Shown here one piece after another: positions 28,837 to 39,700 of a DNA stretch of 64,000 bases. This DNA is from an uncultured Deferribacteraceae bacterium (GTDB taxonomy: Bacteria > Chrysiogenota > Deferribacteres > CAMZNJ01). Under the pieces are notes generated by a model. The model saw only the letters and a list, made by a program, of their open reading frames with translations. It did no database searches and had not been told where the DNA came from. Position 1 is the stretch's first letter; each line of letters opens with the position of its first letter. The stretch spans positions 2,141 to 66,140 of the forward strand of contig CAMZNS010000026.1 of assembly GCA_947313855.1 (NCBI GenBank). Direction: 5' to 3'. The position numbers were made by a program, and so were the translations under genes.

Positions 28837-30122
28837 GATTGCCTCGTAATCTTGGCACCGAGGGCGATGAGTTTGTCTTCAAACTTTTCGTAACCGCGGT
28901 CGAGGTGGTAGATATCGTGTATTTCGGTGGTGCCTTGGGCACACAGTCCGGCGATGAGCAGGGATGCACTGGCACGAAGGTCGGTTGCTTTGACCGGTGC
29001 TCCGTAAAGGGTTTCAACGCCGGTGATAAATGCTGTGGTTTCGTTGGCGTGAATATGTGCACCCATTCGGTTCAGTTCAGGAACGTGCATGAATCTGTTT
29101 TCGAATATATTTTCGGTGACGATGGAGGTACCGTCGCTAATGGCGAGTAGTGTCATGAGTTGTGCTTGCATGTCGGTGGGCATTCCGGGGTAGGGGTTTG
29201 TGTCCACGTCCACAGCTTGGAGGCGTTTTTTTGCGATAACGTGTACCGATCCGATGTGTGAGTTGTCGGCGTAGATTTCGGCACCCATGGCTTGTAGTTT
29301 GTGGATGACGGTGTTGAGGGTGCTGATGGGGCAGTTGTGTACAATAACGTCGCCACCGGTGGCGGTTACGGCACAGAGGAGTGTGCCCGCTTCGATCCTG
29401 TCGGGCATGATGCTGTATTCGGCACTAGATAAGGACTCAACACCAGTGATAACAAGGGTATTGCTACCTATCCCCGATATGGAGGCACCCATGTTGAGGA
29501 GGGCGTGGCAGAGGTCGACGATTTCGGGTTCCATGGCGGCATTGCGAATGGTTGTGGTTCCGGTGGCAAGGGTGGCGGCCATGAGGATGTTTGCCGTGCC
29601 GGTGACGGTGACTTTGTCGAAATCGATATTCGCACCGTGAAGTTTGCCGTCAACGCTCCCTTCGATGTAGCCATGGTTGATGCTAATGGTGGCACCCATG
29701 AGTTGTAGTGCTTTGAGGTGTAGGTCGACAGGTCGTGCACCGATGGTGCAGCCGCCGGGGAGGGAGACCTTGGCGGTGCCGCGGCTTGCTAGAAGGGGAC
29801 CAAGAACAAGGATGCTAGCACGCATGCGACTAACGATGTCGTAGGGGGCGTGGCATTGTGTGGGTGTGCCGTCGTGGTTGTTGGTGACTGTGAGGACGCG
29901 ATTCTTGGCATGGGAGACGCTCAAACCGAGGGTTGTGAGGAGTGTGGCGAATCCGTTAACGTCGGAGAGTAGGGGGACGTTGCTTAGTTTGTGTCTGCCG
30001 TTGGCGAGGAGTGTGGCGGCAATGATGGGGAGGGAGGCGTTTTTCGAGCCACTAACAAACGATTCGCCACGCAAGGTGGTGCCACCAGTGACAATAAGTT
30101 TTTCACTAACGTTATCTATCAT
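28833..30122 (-). CDS. murA: UDP-N-acetylglucosamine 1-carboxyvinyltransferase MurA.
   Basis: KLIVTGGTTLRGESFVSGSKNASLPIIAATLLA and global MurA similarity. The start is placed at MIDNVSEK (30122). The raw ORF extends to 30209. Confidence 0.93.
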   Translation of the reverse strand: MIDNVSEKLIVTGGTTLRGESFVSGSKNASLPIIAATLLANGRHKLSNVPLLSDVNGFATLLTTLGLSVSHAKNRVLTVTNNHDGTPTQCHAPYDIVSRMRASILVLGPLLASRGTAKVSLPGGCTIGARPVDLHLKALQLMGATISINHGYIEGSVDGKLHGANIDFDKVTVTGTANILMAATLATGTTTIRNAAMEPEIVDLCHALLNMGASISGIGSNTLVITGVESLSSAEYSIMPDRIEAGTLLCAVTATGGDVIVHNCPISTLNTVIHKLQAMGAEIYADNSHIGSVHVIAKKRLQAVDVDTNPYPGMPTDMQAQLMTLLAISDGTSIVTENIFENRFMHVPELNRMGAHIHANETTAFITGVETLYGAPVKATDLRASASLLIAGLCAQGTTEIHDIYHLDRGYEKFEDKLIALGAKITRQS

Positions 30123-30260
30123 AGTTTCAATACCTTCAACTGTAGTTGTCTGCGACACGGTCGTACGCTTTGCACGGCTGTGTAGATTGCCCCCGCGGGT
30201 CGTACGCAAGGAGATTTACACAAAAACTATAAACATGCTAACACATTTTTTCTTATTTTT

Positions 30261-31496
30261 CTATTGTTTATATTGACTACCCAATACAAGGTGTAATACG
30301 CGTGGGGTGCCGTTGAAATCGGCATAAACCCTGTAAGTAAGAGTGGTGTGTTGCCATATGGATGAAAAATTTTCAGGGGATACGATGGAACTACTACCAT
30401 CAGGGGGCGACACGGGTGAGAATTTCCTCAAAACGGACAGCAAACCGTCGACGCCTAGTTGGATCGGGGTGGCAGTGGCGGTGCTGGTGGCGGTAAAGCG
30501 AGTGTTGTGGGGGAGCTCAAAGAAGGCTTCGCCGGTGCCATCCACTAATATCATGGGGAGGAGTGGAATAATGGTGGCGTAAAACTCGTCGCCACGACCA
30601 CTGGGGGGAGTCAGAGCAATCTTGGGCTCATGGAGGGTGCTAAGGGGGAGACAAGAATACTCTTGGGCACAAATGTAGGGGGGATTGCAAACCACAATAT
30701 GGCTTCGGGGGATGCCTAGGTGGTGGGGAGCAAGGGCATCGCCGAGAACAAGGGTGAGGGGGGACACCTTAGGGGGGGCACCCGTGGAACCCGTGGCACC
30801 CGTGGCACCCGTGGAACCCGTGGCACCCGTGGAATAATGGGTGGCATCGGCGACGCGTACCCCGAAGTTGAGGGCATTCTGATGGGCAACACCGAGGGCG
30901 TCGGCAGAGATATCCACACCCATGACGCGAACGGGGATGCTAGGCGTGGAACCCATGGCTTCCAACAGAATAGTCAGGGCGATGCAACCGCTACCTGTGC
31001 AGAGATCTAATACGGTGATGGGATCGTTATGCTGTTTGTGTAGGCGTTGCAACGCTGTGAGGGCGTGGTGCACGAGTATTTCGGTCTCACCGCGTGGGAT
31101 AAGTACACTGGGGGACACCATAAAATCGTAGCCGTAAAAATTGCATGTGCCTGTGATGTGGTGGAGGGGGGTACCCTGCTTGAGCCTTTGGACGTGTGCC
31201 TCTAGGGTAGCAAGGTTGAGGCTGATTGTTCCTTGTAGGGTGGGGGATTTGGCGTCGCTGTAACTAATGTTGCAGATGTGTGCAACAAGTTCGTAGTAGA
31301 ATGTGTGCGGTAGTTGTGGCACGCACTGGCGGAATATCTCCCGACCTTGGGCGAGGGTTACGGTGGTCGTTGCAGGGTGGTGGTCAGGGTCATGGTCATG
31401 GTGGCTGTGGTGGCTGTGGTGGTTCATGGCGTTGTGCTCAGGGTCATGGTCATGGTCATGGTGGCTGTGGTGGCTGTGGTGGCTGTGGTGGTTCAT
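30261..31496 (-). CDS. prmC: Release-factor glutamine N5-methyltransferase PrmC/HemK with a duplicated His-rich N-terminal extension.
   Basis: The NPPY motif (VVCNPPYI) and the SAM-binding motif VLDLCTGSGCIAL. The N-terminus MNHHSHHSHHSHHDHDHDPEHNA MNHHSHHSHHDHDPDHH is encoded by a tandemly duplicated ~55-bp block at 31370-31500. There is an internal TGATGSTGATGATGSTGA repeat. Confidence 0.8.
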   Translation of the reverse strand: MNHHSHHSHHSHHDHDHDPEHNAMNHHSHHSHHDHDPDHHPATTTVTLAQGREIFRQCVPQLPHTFYYELVAHICNISYSDAKSPTLQGTISLNLATLEAHVQRLKQGTPLHHITGTCNFYGYDFMVSPSVLIPRGETEILVHHALTALQRLHKQHNDPITVLDLCTGSGCIALTILLEAMGSTPSIPVRVMGVDISADALGVAHQNALNFGVRVADATHYSTGATGSTGATGATGSTGAPPKVSPLTLVLGDALAPHHLGIPRSHIVVCNPPYICAQEYSCLPLSTLHEPKIALTPPSGRGDEFYATIIPLLPMILVDGTGEAFFELPHNTRFTATSTATATPIQLGVDGLLSVLRKFSPVSPPDGSSSIVSPENFSSIWQHTTLTYRVYADFNGTPRVLHLVLGSQYKQ

Positions 31497-31529
31497 GGCG
31501 TTGTGCTCATGGTGGCTGTGGTGCCCTGC

Positions 31530-32603
31530 CTACAGCCCTTCACTTTTCAGCATCTCGGCACGGTAGTTGGAGATGAGTGCGTTTACAACTTCGTGTAGCT
31601 CCCCCACCATGACTTTGTCGAGGGAGTGTAGTGTTAGGTTGATTCGGTGGTCGGTGAGTCGGTTTTGGGGGAAGTTGTAGGTACGGATACGTTCGCTACG
31701 ATCGCCACTCCCCACTTGAGATTTGCGTGTTGAGGCGGTTTCGTCGTCGCGAGATTTGATCATGGCGTCGAAAATTCTAGCTTTCAAGATTTTCATTGCT
31801 TTGTCGCGATTTTTTATCTGACTACGTTCGTCTTGGCAAGAGACAACAACGCCTGTGGGTGTGTGTGTGATACGCACAGCTGAGTCGGTGGTGTTAACAT
31901 GCTGACCGCCGGCACCGCTAGCACGGAACGTGTCTATTTTGAGGTCGGAGTCGTTTATTTCCACTTCGATGTCGTCGGGTTCAGGGATAATTGCGACGGT
32001 GCAAGCTGATGTGTGAATACGTCCTGATGCTTCTGTGGTTGGGATTCGTTGGACACGGTGTGTGCCAGCTTCAAATTTGAGGTGGGAGTAGACGCTATCA
32101 CCGCGAACAGTTGCGATAACCTCTTTGTAGCCGCCAACGTCGGATTCGGCAACTTCGACGAGTTCTAGTTTCCATCGCATCATTTCGGCATACCGTTCGT
32201 ACATGCGGAGCATATCGGCAACAAAAAGGGATGACTCGTCACCACCTGTGCCGGCACGTATTTCGATGAAGATATTTTTGTCGTCAAGGGGATCTTTGGG
32301 TAGCAGAAGTTGTCGAAGTTCGGCTTCCGTGGTGGCGAGGAGAGGTTCGTTCTCGTCCAGTTCCCCTTTGGCAAGCTCTTTCATGTCGGAGTCAGATGTT
32401 GGGTCGGATAGGAGTTGTTTAGCCTCTTGAATATTGGCACTGATGCGTTTGTATTCGTTGTATTTGTCCACAATGGCACGTTTTTCATTGGCTTCGCGTC
32501 CGTATTTTTGTAACGCACGTCGATCGGAGAGAACATTGGGATCCATGAGGAGGGCATTTAGCTCTTCGACACGGGCGGTAACGCCTTCGAGTTTTGAAAA
32601 CAT
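31530..32603 (-). CDS. prfA: Peptide chain release factor 1.
   Basis: The GGQ motif ([15 protein letters not shown]) and the RF1 PxT-region architecture. The start is placed at MFSKLEG (32603). The raw ORF extends to 32711. Confidence 0.94.
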   Translation of the reverse strand: MFSKLEGVTARVEELNALLMDPNVLSDRRALQKYGREANEKRAIVDKYNEYKRISANIQEAKQLLSDPTSDSDMKELAKGELDENEPLLATTEAELRQLLLPKDPLDDKNIFIEIRAGTGGDESSLFVADMLRMYERYAEMMRWKLELVEVAESDVGGYKEVIATVRGDSVYSHLKFEAGTHRVQRIPTTEASGRIHTSACTVAIIPEPDDIEVEINDSDLKIDTFRASGAGGQHVNTTDSAVRITHTPTGVVVSCQDERSQIKNRDKAMKILKARIFDAMIKSRDDETASTRKSQVGSGDRSERIRTYNFPQNRLTDHRINLTLHSLDKVMVGELHEVVNALISNYRAEMLKSEGL

Positions 32604-32788
32604 AATAATACACCTAGGTTTTGCAGTAGTTGTGGGCAAGGGTGGCTCAAAAATGGGGGGGGGTGTGTATGCTGGGTCTTGGGGTACGGATGCATGTGAG
32701 TCGGAGCTCAAGAATCCCTTGCGTATTGTAGTATGTAGAAATACTGGGTGTTTGTCAAGGGTATAAAATTGCGGGGGTGTGTGGTGCG

Positions 32789-32930
32789 GAAAAATATGAG
32801 GAGGCGGTTCACGTTGCTAAGACGGTCGTCGGTTGCGTTGGTGAGGAGGCGGTTGCGTTGCTAAGACGGTCGTCGGTTGCGTTGGTGAGGAGGCGGTTCA
32901 CGTTGCTAAGACGGTCGTCGGTTGCGTTTA
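32789..32930. repeat. Three copies of a ~45-bp tandem repeat (GGTGAGGAGGCGGTT(CA)CGTTGCTAAGACGGTCGTCGGTTGCGTT) overlapping the 3' end of the small GNAT-like ORF.
   Basis: Read directly in the sequence. Confidence 0.9.
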
Positions 32931-33166
32931 ATGTATTCGCGTAGCTCGGGGATAAGGGAAACAATAGGTTTGCCCTCTTTGGCGGAGTAAGACACAAGTT
33001 GGGAAAAAAGTTGGACATCGAGCCTGTTTTTCTCGAAATCACTGAGAATGTGCATCTCATAAACAACAAGGTGACCACCTTTGTCGGTGAATAGAATGGA
33101 AGCAATACGGTTGTCGTCTTCACTGTAAACATGGAACCCCTCTTGGTCGAGAATGGTGTTAAACAA
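32906..33166 (-). CDS. Small protein resembling the YjdJ / Acetyltransf_CG (GNAT-like, ~90 aa) family, but lacking the acetyl-CoA-binding Q/RxxGxG and the conserved Cys.
   Basis: It aligns with E. coli YjdJ (FHVYSEDDNRIASILF..GGHLVVYEMHILSDFEKNRLDVQLFSQLVSYSAKEGKPIVSLIPELREYI). The likely start is the TTG at 33166 with a GGAGGG Shine-Dalgarno. The raw ORF is 32906..33232. Confidence 0.3.
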   Translation of the reverse strand: MFNTILDQEGFHVYSEDDNRIASILFTDKGGHLVVYEMHILSDFEKNRLDVQLFSQLVSYSAKEGKPIVSLIPELREYIKRNRRPS

Positions 33167-33445
33167 AGGAACCCTCCAAAGCAGATTGGCGTACGGCGTG
33201 CGGTGTGCGGTGTGCGGTGTGCCGTGTGGCAATAAACCGTCGGAACACTGTGCTGTTCACGGTGTGGTCGTAACTGACTGTTAGGAGTATAAGGTATTTT
33301 GAGGGGAATTTCAACCCTATCGCTTATGGCTCTCGAATGGGGATATGGGTGACACCAGTGCCGAGACACCAGTGCCGAGACACCAGTGCCACGACACACG
33401 GAGCCACGACCCCAGCACCCGATACCGGACCCCAGCACCGCAACT

Positions 33446-34687
33446 TTAGAGGCTAGTTTCGTGAGACTTCGATTCACCTTGAGTAGAAGGTTTCGAAGTA
33501 CTACTTCCCAGGCGATCAAACCCTTTTTCCAGGTCGGCAATAAGGTCGTCAACATCTTCAAGACCGATGTGAATACGGAACAGGCTACCGTTGAAGTCGA
33601 CGCCACCTTCATGGCGGAATTTTTCCAGCTCTTCAGGTTGATTCATGAGCATGAGCGATTCGTAGCCACCCCATGAGTATGCCATGGCGAAGTGGTCGAA
33701 GTTTTCGATAAATTCTGCAGCACGTTCAGGTGTGAGGTGCTCTTTGAGTACAAACGAAAAGAGTCCGTTGGCACCCGAGAAGTCACGCTTGAAGATGTCA
33801 CTCCCTTTGCAGTCGTCCAGCATGGGGTGGAACACTTTGTCCACTTCACTGCGGGATTTGAGCCAGTTGGCAACTTTTAGTCCTGCGTCGTGATGGTAAT
33901 CGAGGCGTATCAGAATCGTGCGTAATCCTCTCAGTGCCATGTAGGCGGTGTCGGGATCGACTGTTTGCCCCATGAGGTAGGAGTATTCGAACAGCTGATG
34001 CCAGTGTTTTTCGTTGCTCATGGCCATGCCGAGTAGAATGTCGGAGTGTCCTGTAACATATTTTGTGCCCGATTGCATGGAGATATCCACACCGTGATCG
34101 AGGGGGCGGAATAGAACACCAGCCGCATAAGTGTTGTCGATCATGGTGACAATGTTGGGGTTGACACCTTTCACAGCTTTGACGATGGCAGGCACGTCTT
34201 GTACCTCCATGGTGATGGAGCCGGGGGATTCCATGTACACAATTGTTGTTTCGGGTTGTATAAGGGCAGAAATGTCGGAACCGATGGAGGGATCGTAGTA
34301 TGTTGTGGAGACGTTCATTCGTGTCAGGATTGTGTCGCAGAAGGAGCGTACAGGTTCGTAGACATTGCCGGGGACGAGGATGTTGTCGCCACTTTTGATA
34401 AATGCAAGGATGGGGGTCGTAATAGCAGCAACGCCTGAAGGGTAGAGGGCACAGCCAGCACTATTTTCCAGCTCAGTCATGGCATCTTGGAAAGCGAATT
34501 GGGTTAAGCCCCCACGCCTACCGTAGATAAATTCTTTATTCTTAGCATTTTTGCCCCTAAAAGCCTTATCCTTGAGGGTAGGGAACAGGAGGGACGAAGC
34601 ACGTTGGATGACAGGCGACACACCCCCTTGAGTGTAGCGGTCTTTGCGTCCCGCTGTGATGAGTTTGGTTCTAAATTTTTCAGACAT
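33446..34687 (-). CDS. metC: Cystathionine beta-lyase (PLP-dependent, Cys/Met metabolism family).
   Basis: It aligns with E. coli MetC from the N-terminus (LITAGRKDRYTQGGVSPVIQRASSLLF). The PLP-lysine motif SGTKYVTGHSD is present. Confidence 0.85.
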   Translation of the reverse strand: MSEKFRTKLITAGRKDRYTQGGVSPVIQRASSLLFPTLKDKAFRGKNAKNKEFIYGRRGGLTQFAFQDAMTELENSAGCALYPSGVAAITTPILAFIKSGDNILVPGNVYEPVRSFCDTILTRMNVSTTYYDPSIGSDISALIQPETTIVYMESPGSITMEVQDVPAIVKAVKGVNPNIVTMIDNTYAAGVLFRPLDHGVDISMQSGTKYVTGHSDILLGMAMSNEKHWHQLFEYSYLMGQTVDPDTAYMALRGLRTILIRLDYHHDAGLKVANWLKSRSEVDKVFHPMLDDCKGSDIFKRDFSGANGLFSFVLKEHLTPERAAEFIENFDHFAMAYSWGGYESLMLMNQPEELEKFRHEGGVDFNGSLFRIHIGLEDVDDLIADLEKGFDRLGSSTSKPSTQGESKSHETSL

Positions 34688-34723
34688 ATGAAAACTCCTT
34701 TCAATAGTAAATGTTTATGTTGG

Positions 34724-35932
34724 TTAACGTCGTCGTTTCTTTGTAAATCGCTCCACAAGCTGTGCACCGTTCAGGTCATGAACAACGTTGACAACGGTGG
34801 TAGGTGCATCGGTGATGATACCGATAAGAACAAGGATTGGCAACACTTCGATGGGTAGTCCAAGGGCGGCAATGATGAATATCTCCCCCAGAAAAGCACC
34901 ACCCGGAACACCGCCAACAATAACCGCCGACAGAACGGCAATGAGCATGGTCAGGAAAAATACCTCTAAAGTAATGGGGAGACCAAGGAGACCGTAGATA
35001 AATACAACCTTGACCACAACAATCATACCCACGCCACCCTTATTGAGGTTGACCATGAGGGGGAGGGCGATGTCAACAACCTCCTTGTCGATACCCATGT
35101 TGTGAGCAGCTTTGATGTTGACAGGTAGGGTGCCCAATGAAGACGCCGTACCCAGTGCTGTGATGGATGGTGCTGCAACGTTTTTCCAGTAGGCTTTTAC
35201 GCCGTGCATACCGTCGGCAATGAATGCGTAAATGGTGGAGCCAACAATGTAGTAGATTAGAAGGGCAACGAAGAAGATGGTAACAGCACGGGCAAGGGTG
35301 GCAAGGACGGCGGTGTCTTGGGATGCCATCGTTGCCGCGAAAAAGGCACCGAGACCGATGGGGGCGAAGAGCATGATGATGCCGATGACATGCATAACAA
35401 CATCGTTCCATGCGTCTAGGGCTGCGGACACCTTTTTACCAGATTCGCCAGATTGACCGATGGCAACACCCGTAAGGATGGACATGATGACTAAGGCGAG
35501 GATATTGGATTTGGAGAGCAGGTTGACAAAATCGTTTGTGGTTATCATGTTGACGAAGTTGAGGGAGGATTTGGCAGTGACATCGGTGGTAACCTTTGAA
35601 ACATCGTCGAACGTTACCCCTTGGGATATGTTGAAGAATATTGACGCACCAAACATAAAGATGGAGGGGATGAGAGCCATTAGGGCGGAGATAACGATTA
35701 TGGCGATCATCATCACACGCAGTTTGCCAAAGTCTGAGATACGGGCGATGGAGGCGGTAACGCTAATGGCTACTAAGGGTACGATGACCATGAATAGGAG
35801 GTTGAGGAAGATGCTACCGAGTGGTTTGAGTTTGATAGCAATATCTGGGGCTAAGATGCCGAGGGTTCCCCCAGCGAGCATTGCACCGAGTAGTATTAGC
35901 GAGCTACGGTATGGCTCTAAGTATTTCATCAT
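34724..35932 (-). CDS. Dicarboxylate/amino-acid:cation symporter (DAACS) family transporter, SstT-like.
   Basis: Segments FAPIGLGAFFAATMAS, TASSLGTLPVNI and IALPLMVNLNKGGVG align with SstT/GltP hairpin regions. An AAGGAGG Shine-Dalgarno is present. It is probably co-transcribed with metC 37 nt downstream. Confidence 0.8.
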   Translation of the reverse strand: MMKYLEPYRSSLILLGAMLAGGTLGILAPDIAIKLKPLGSIFLNLLFMVIVPLVAISVTASIARISDFGKLRVMMIAIIVISALMALIPSIFMFGASIFFNISQGVTFDDVSKVTTDVTAKSSLNFVNMITTNDFVNLLSKSNILALVIMSILTGVAIGQSGESGKKVSAALDAWNDVVMHVIGIIMLFAPIGLGAFFAATMASQDTAVLATLARAVTIFFVALLIYYIVGSTIYAFIADGMHGVKAYWKNVAAPSITALGTASSLGTLPVNIKAAHNMGIDKEVVDIALPLMVNLNKGGVGMIVVVKVVFIYGLLGLPITLEVFFLTMLIAVLSAVIVGGVPGGAFLGEIFIIAALGLPIEVLPILVLIGIITDAPTTVVNVVHDLNGAQLVERFTKKRRR

Positions 35933-35945
35933 TGTGGCAGCCTCC

Positions 35946-36015
35946 TTGTGGTTGCGTGTGGTTGCGTGTGGTTGCGTGCAGTGTGGTTGCGTGCAGTGTG
36001 GTTGCGTGCAGTATT
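35946..36015. repeat. (GTGGTTGCGTGCA[GT])n tandem repeat between the ridA stop and the transporter start.
   Basis: About six copies were read directly. Confidence 0.9.
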
Positions 36016-36024
36016 AGTGAGCAG

Positions 36025-36405
36025 TTACGGCTTCATTGCGATAACTTCGATTTCAACTTTGACGTCCATGGGGAGTCGTGCTACCTCGACGGCTGTTCGT
36101 GCTGGGAACCCTTTGCAGTCTTTGAAGACGCTTTCGTAGGCTTTGTTGACGTCGACGAAGTCGTTGAGGTCGGATAGGAAGACGGTTGCTTTCATTACGT
36201 TGTCTAGGGTGAGTCCTTCTGCTTCGAGGATACTTTTCACGTTGGCGAGGGATTGCAGACATTGGTCGGCAGCGGTTTCGGGTATATTTTTGGTTTCGGG
36301 ATTGATGGGTAGTTGTCCTGATGTGAAGACCATGTTTCCTACTGTTGTGGCTTGTGAGTATGGTCCGATTGCTGCTGGTGCTGATTCTGTGTGTATTCTC
36401 TTCAT
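36025..36405 (-). CDS. ridA: RidA (YjgF/TdcF) reactive-intermediate deaminase.
   Basis: A 126-aa protein with APAAIGPYSQA...SGQLPI and a C-terminal RidA signature. Confidence 0.9.
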   Translation of the reverse strand: MKRIHTESAPAAIGPYSQATTVGNMVFTSGQLPINPETKNIPETAADQCLQSLANVKSILEAEGLTLDNVMKATVFLSDLNDFVDVNKAYESVFKDCKGFPARTAVEVARLPMDVKVEIEVIAMKP

Positions 36406-36766
36406 GGTTTGTGCTCCTTGTTGGTGACTAACTTCTAATAGTCGTTAAAATAATTGGCATTACTGTAGTGTAGGGGGGTTATTCCTATTTGTAAACAGTT
36501 TTTTTGTTTTTGCGTGAAAGTTTCGTTCGGTGTTGTGTTGATTAGTTTGTCAACAAGCTAGTTCATTAGCCTACGTGCCTGTGGTATATCTGTGTAGTTA
36601 CGTTATATAATATGAAAAAGGGGTGCGATTTGTGTTTGTTGTACTGTTTGGAGGTGGAGATTTTAGGTATTGCCCAATCTCCCCTTACTATGTATACTAC
36701 AGCGTTATTGCATGTGTTACATGTGTTACAAATATTCAAAAACTATAACTATCAGGTGTTATTTTT

Positions 36767-39700
36767 ATGCTTTCCCCCCATTGTTTGACGAAAAGGCTCC
36801 CAAAGTATTTTGCTTCCCCCTTGGTGTTTCTGTTTATGTGGCTGTCTGTGTTGCCCACAGTGTTGCCCACAGCTTTTGCTGAAGGGGTGGATGGGGGTGC
36901 CAACAACAGTAGCTCCGACCTTGCACCCTTGGACTTACAAGTGTCTATCAGCAACAGTGTGCCTGACGTTATTATCGACAAAAAGGCAGTTGCCAAATTC
37001 CAAAAATACATAACCAAGCTTCAGAGCTCTTTGAACGATGCCAATGAGAATTTTGCTGAGGGTAAATATAAAAAGTCGGGGAAACTGTTTGCGGATGCGG
37101 CAATCCAGATTGAGAAAACGGATAGACCCGACAACCTAAAACTATTCGCAATACACTATTCGGCGGCGTATTCATTCTACCTTACGGGCAACACGGGTGC
37201 CACCATTGCCCACATTAATTCGGCGTTGGACAACTTAGGGCGATACCGTGCAAAGGGTAGGTTTGCTGAGGTAGATGAAGGGGTGGACTCAGGGGTAGAT
37301 GGTGCCACGCAGGAGAGTATCAAACGTGCCGAAATGGAGTCGTACTACATCCTAGGCGACGCACTCATCGCCGAAAACATGATTAGTCAGGGGCAACAAG
37401 CTTTGCTAAGTGCGATAAATCTTGCTGACGAAATCAATGAAGAGCCGTTTGCACGCTCCGTGAATTGGCGACTGTTTCAGGAGCAGTCCAAGCATGGTGA
37501 TCAAGAGGAAGCACTGGTAACGCTAAACAGGTCGTTGAACTACTATCAGCGAGACAAAAACGATTTCATGATAGCCACAACCCTCTATCAAAAAGGTGTG
37601 ATTCAGTTGGACAACAACGACTACAGTGCGTCGTACCGGTCGTTTAGCAACGCCATTAGTATTGCCAAAAATCACGGCTACCTAGAACTACTAGGTCGAT
37701 CGTACATGGGGCTCTCAGAATCATCCTTGGGGATCGGTAGCTACTACAACGCTGCCATGAACCTAGAAAACGCCATCGACATTGTGGTTTCAGCGGAGAT
37801 GAGCGACGTTTACCTCCCCTCAAGCAGGAAGCTCATCAACATCTACCGACTCATCGGGGAGTACGAAAAAGCACTCTACATCTCCGACAAAAGGGTGCAG
37901 TTTGCCATCGAACAGCAAAACACAACACTCGAAGCACAGCTGTACGTGGAGAAGGGGGACACATACCGATACGACAACGACCTACACAACGCCACACTAC
38001 TCTACATGGCAGCAATCAGTACCATCAAAAATGCTCAAGGTGTGGGGCTATCCGCAAAAGACAAAGACGAAAACAGCATCACACTAGGAGACACCTACTA
38101 CAAACTAACAACAGCGTACAGCGAAATGGGGGACACAACCAAAACAGAAATATACGCACTAGAAGCCATTGTTGCACTCAACAACCTCAAAGACAAACGA
38201 GTAACAGAAGTCTACACTACCCTAGGGAATACCTACCTAACACTACACCTCTACTCGCAAGCAACAAACACACTAAACACAGCCCTCAAAATGAGCGACA
38301 AATATGGGCAAGGTAACCAAAAACCATACATCTACGAACGACTAGGACTCGGCTACAAAGCCATGGGTGACGTGAAACAAAGTATTGCACTGCTGGAAAA
38401 ATCACTCAACCTAAGGCAAGACTACACAGTGGCAACATCGCTGGGAGCACTCTACATTCTAGAAGGGAGCCTCGACAAAGGAACAAAAATACTCGCCGAT
38501 GCCGTGGACTACTACAACTCAACCACAAACCAAATCATGCAAGCCAATAGCCGATACAACTACGCAGTAGCAAACCTCAAAGGGGGGAACTATGTCGCCG
38601 CAATGAGCAACATCCAAATAGCTCATAACATCGACAGAAAGATGGGCGGAAACAATGGCGACAACATACTTGTCGCACAAGACCTCTACACCAAAGCTGC
38701 CATTCAATACTACACCAACAACTTCGCCGACAGCATCACAAACGCAAACTCAGCAACAAGAATTGTAGAAAAACTTATCGGCGAAGGGAACGTCTCTGTG
38801 GTGGACGGATACAAAACCATGATTAGGCAGATACAACACCTAAAAATAGCATCCGCAATCAGAAACAACGACACAGTAACAGCTCTCAGAGCTGGCGAGT
38901 ACCTCAACCTCCTAGACCTACCACAAGGGTACGCAAACTTTAACCTAAAGACACTGCAACAAGCACTCAACAGTAGCGAAATAATGTTCGCCTTCCTACC
39001 CGCGGACGTCAACACACAAGACGGACTACTAGACACAGCAGTCATAACCATTACACGTACAACAGTCGCAGGTGATATTGTCGCCCTACCCCTGCAAAAA
39101 ACCAAGGGGAGCAAACTCAAAACAACACTACAACCACTACTCGTCGAACAGCTCTCCTCACCAACACCATACCGATTCGACTACCCCTACACCGATATCG
39201 CTCGAGGGGCAGAGATTATCGGCAATCAGAGAAATCCGCAGAACAGCCAACTCCTCTACCAAAACCTGATGCAACCATACGAAGCAGACAAACAGCTTGA
39301 GGGCAAAGTAATCTGGTTTTACGCCGTATCGGTATACAGCCAAATAGATTTCGAAATGCTACAAAGAAAGGACAATACCCTGCTAGCACAGTCCAACAGG
39401 ATAGTTTACACCCCATCCATTGCACCTCTGGGAGCTGAACCAAAATATGTGGAGGCAAGGCGACAGCTAAACCGAACAGTCGTCGTGGCAGACAAGGGGG
39501 TGGCAGCCAAAGGGAAAAACTACCATATCGAAAATGTATCAACATACCTGCTAGCACTGGAAGAAGCCACACACATGGGGGTAACAACAAACTATTTTGA
39601 AGGAAACATGGCTCTTGGGGCCCTGTACAACTCCCTGAAAATGAGAAATAACGGGAATACACAGAAAATCTTACCACCAAAAATGACCGCTGAAGGACTC

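Noticed and set aside
32809-33612. A 267-aa minus-strand ORF spanning the GNAT-like gene and the metC 3' end.
   Set aside because: It overlaps the metC coding sequence and a better-supported small ORF in another frame. It passes through tandem repeats and has no recognisable features.
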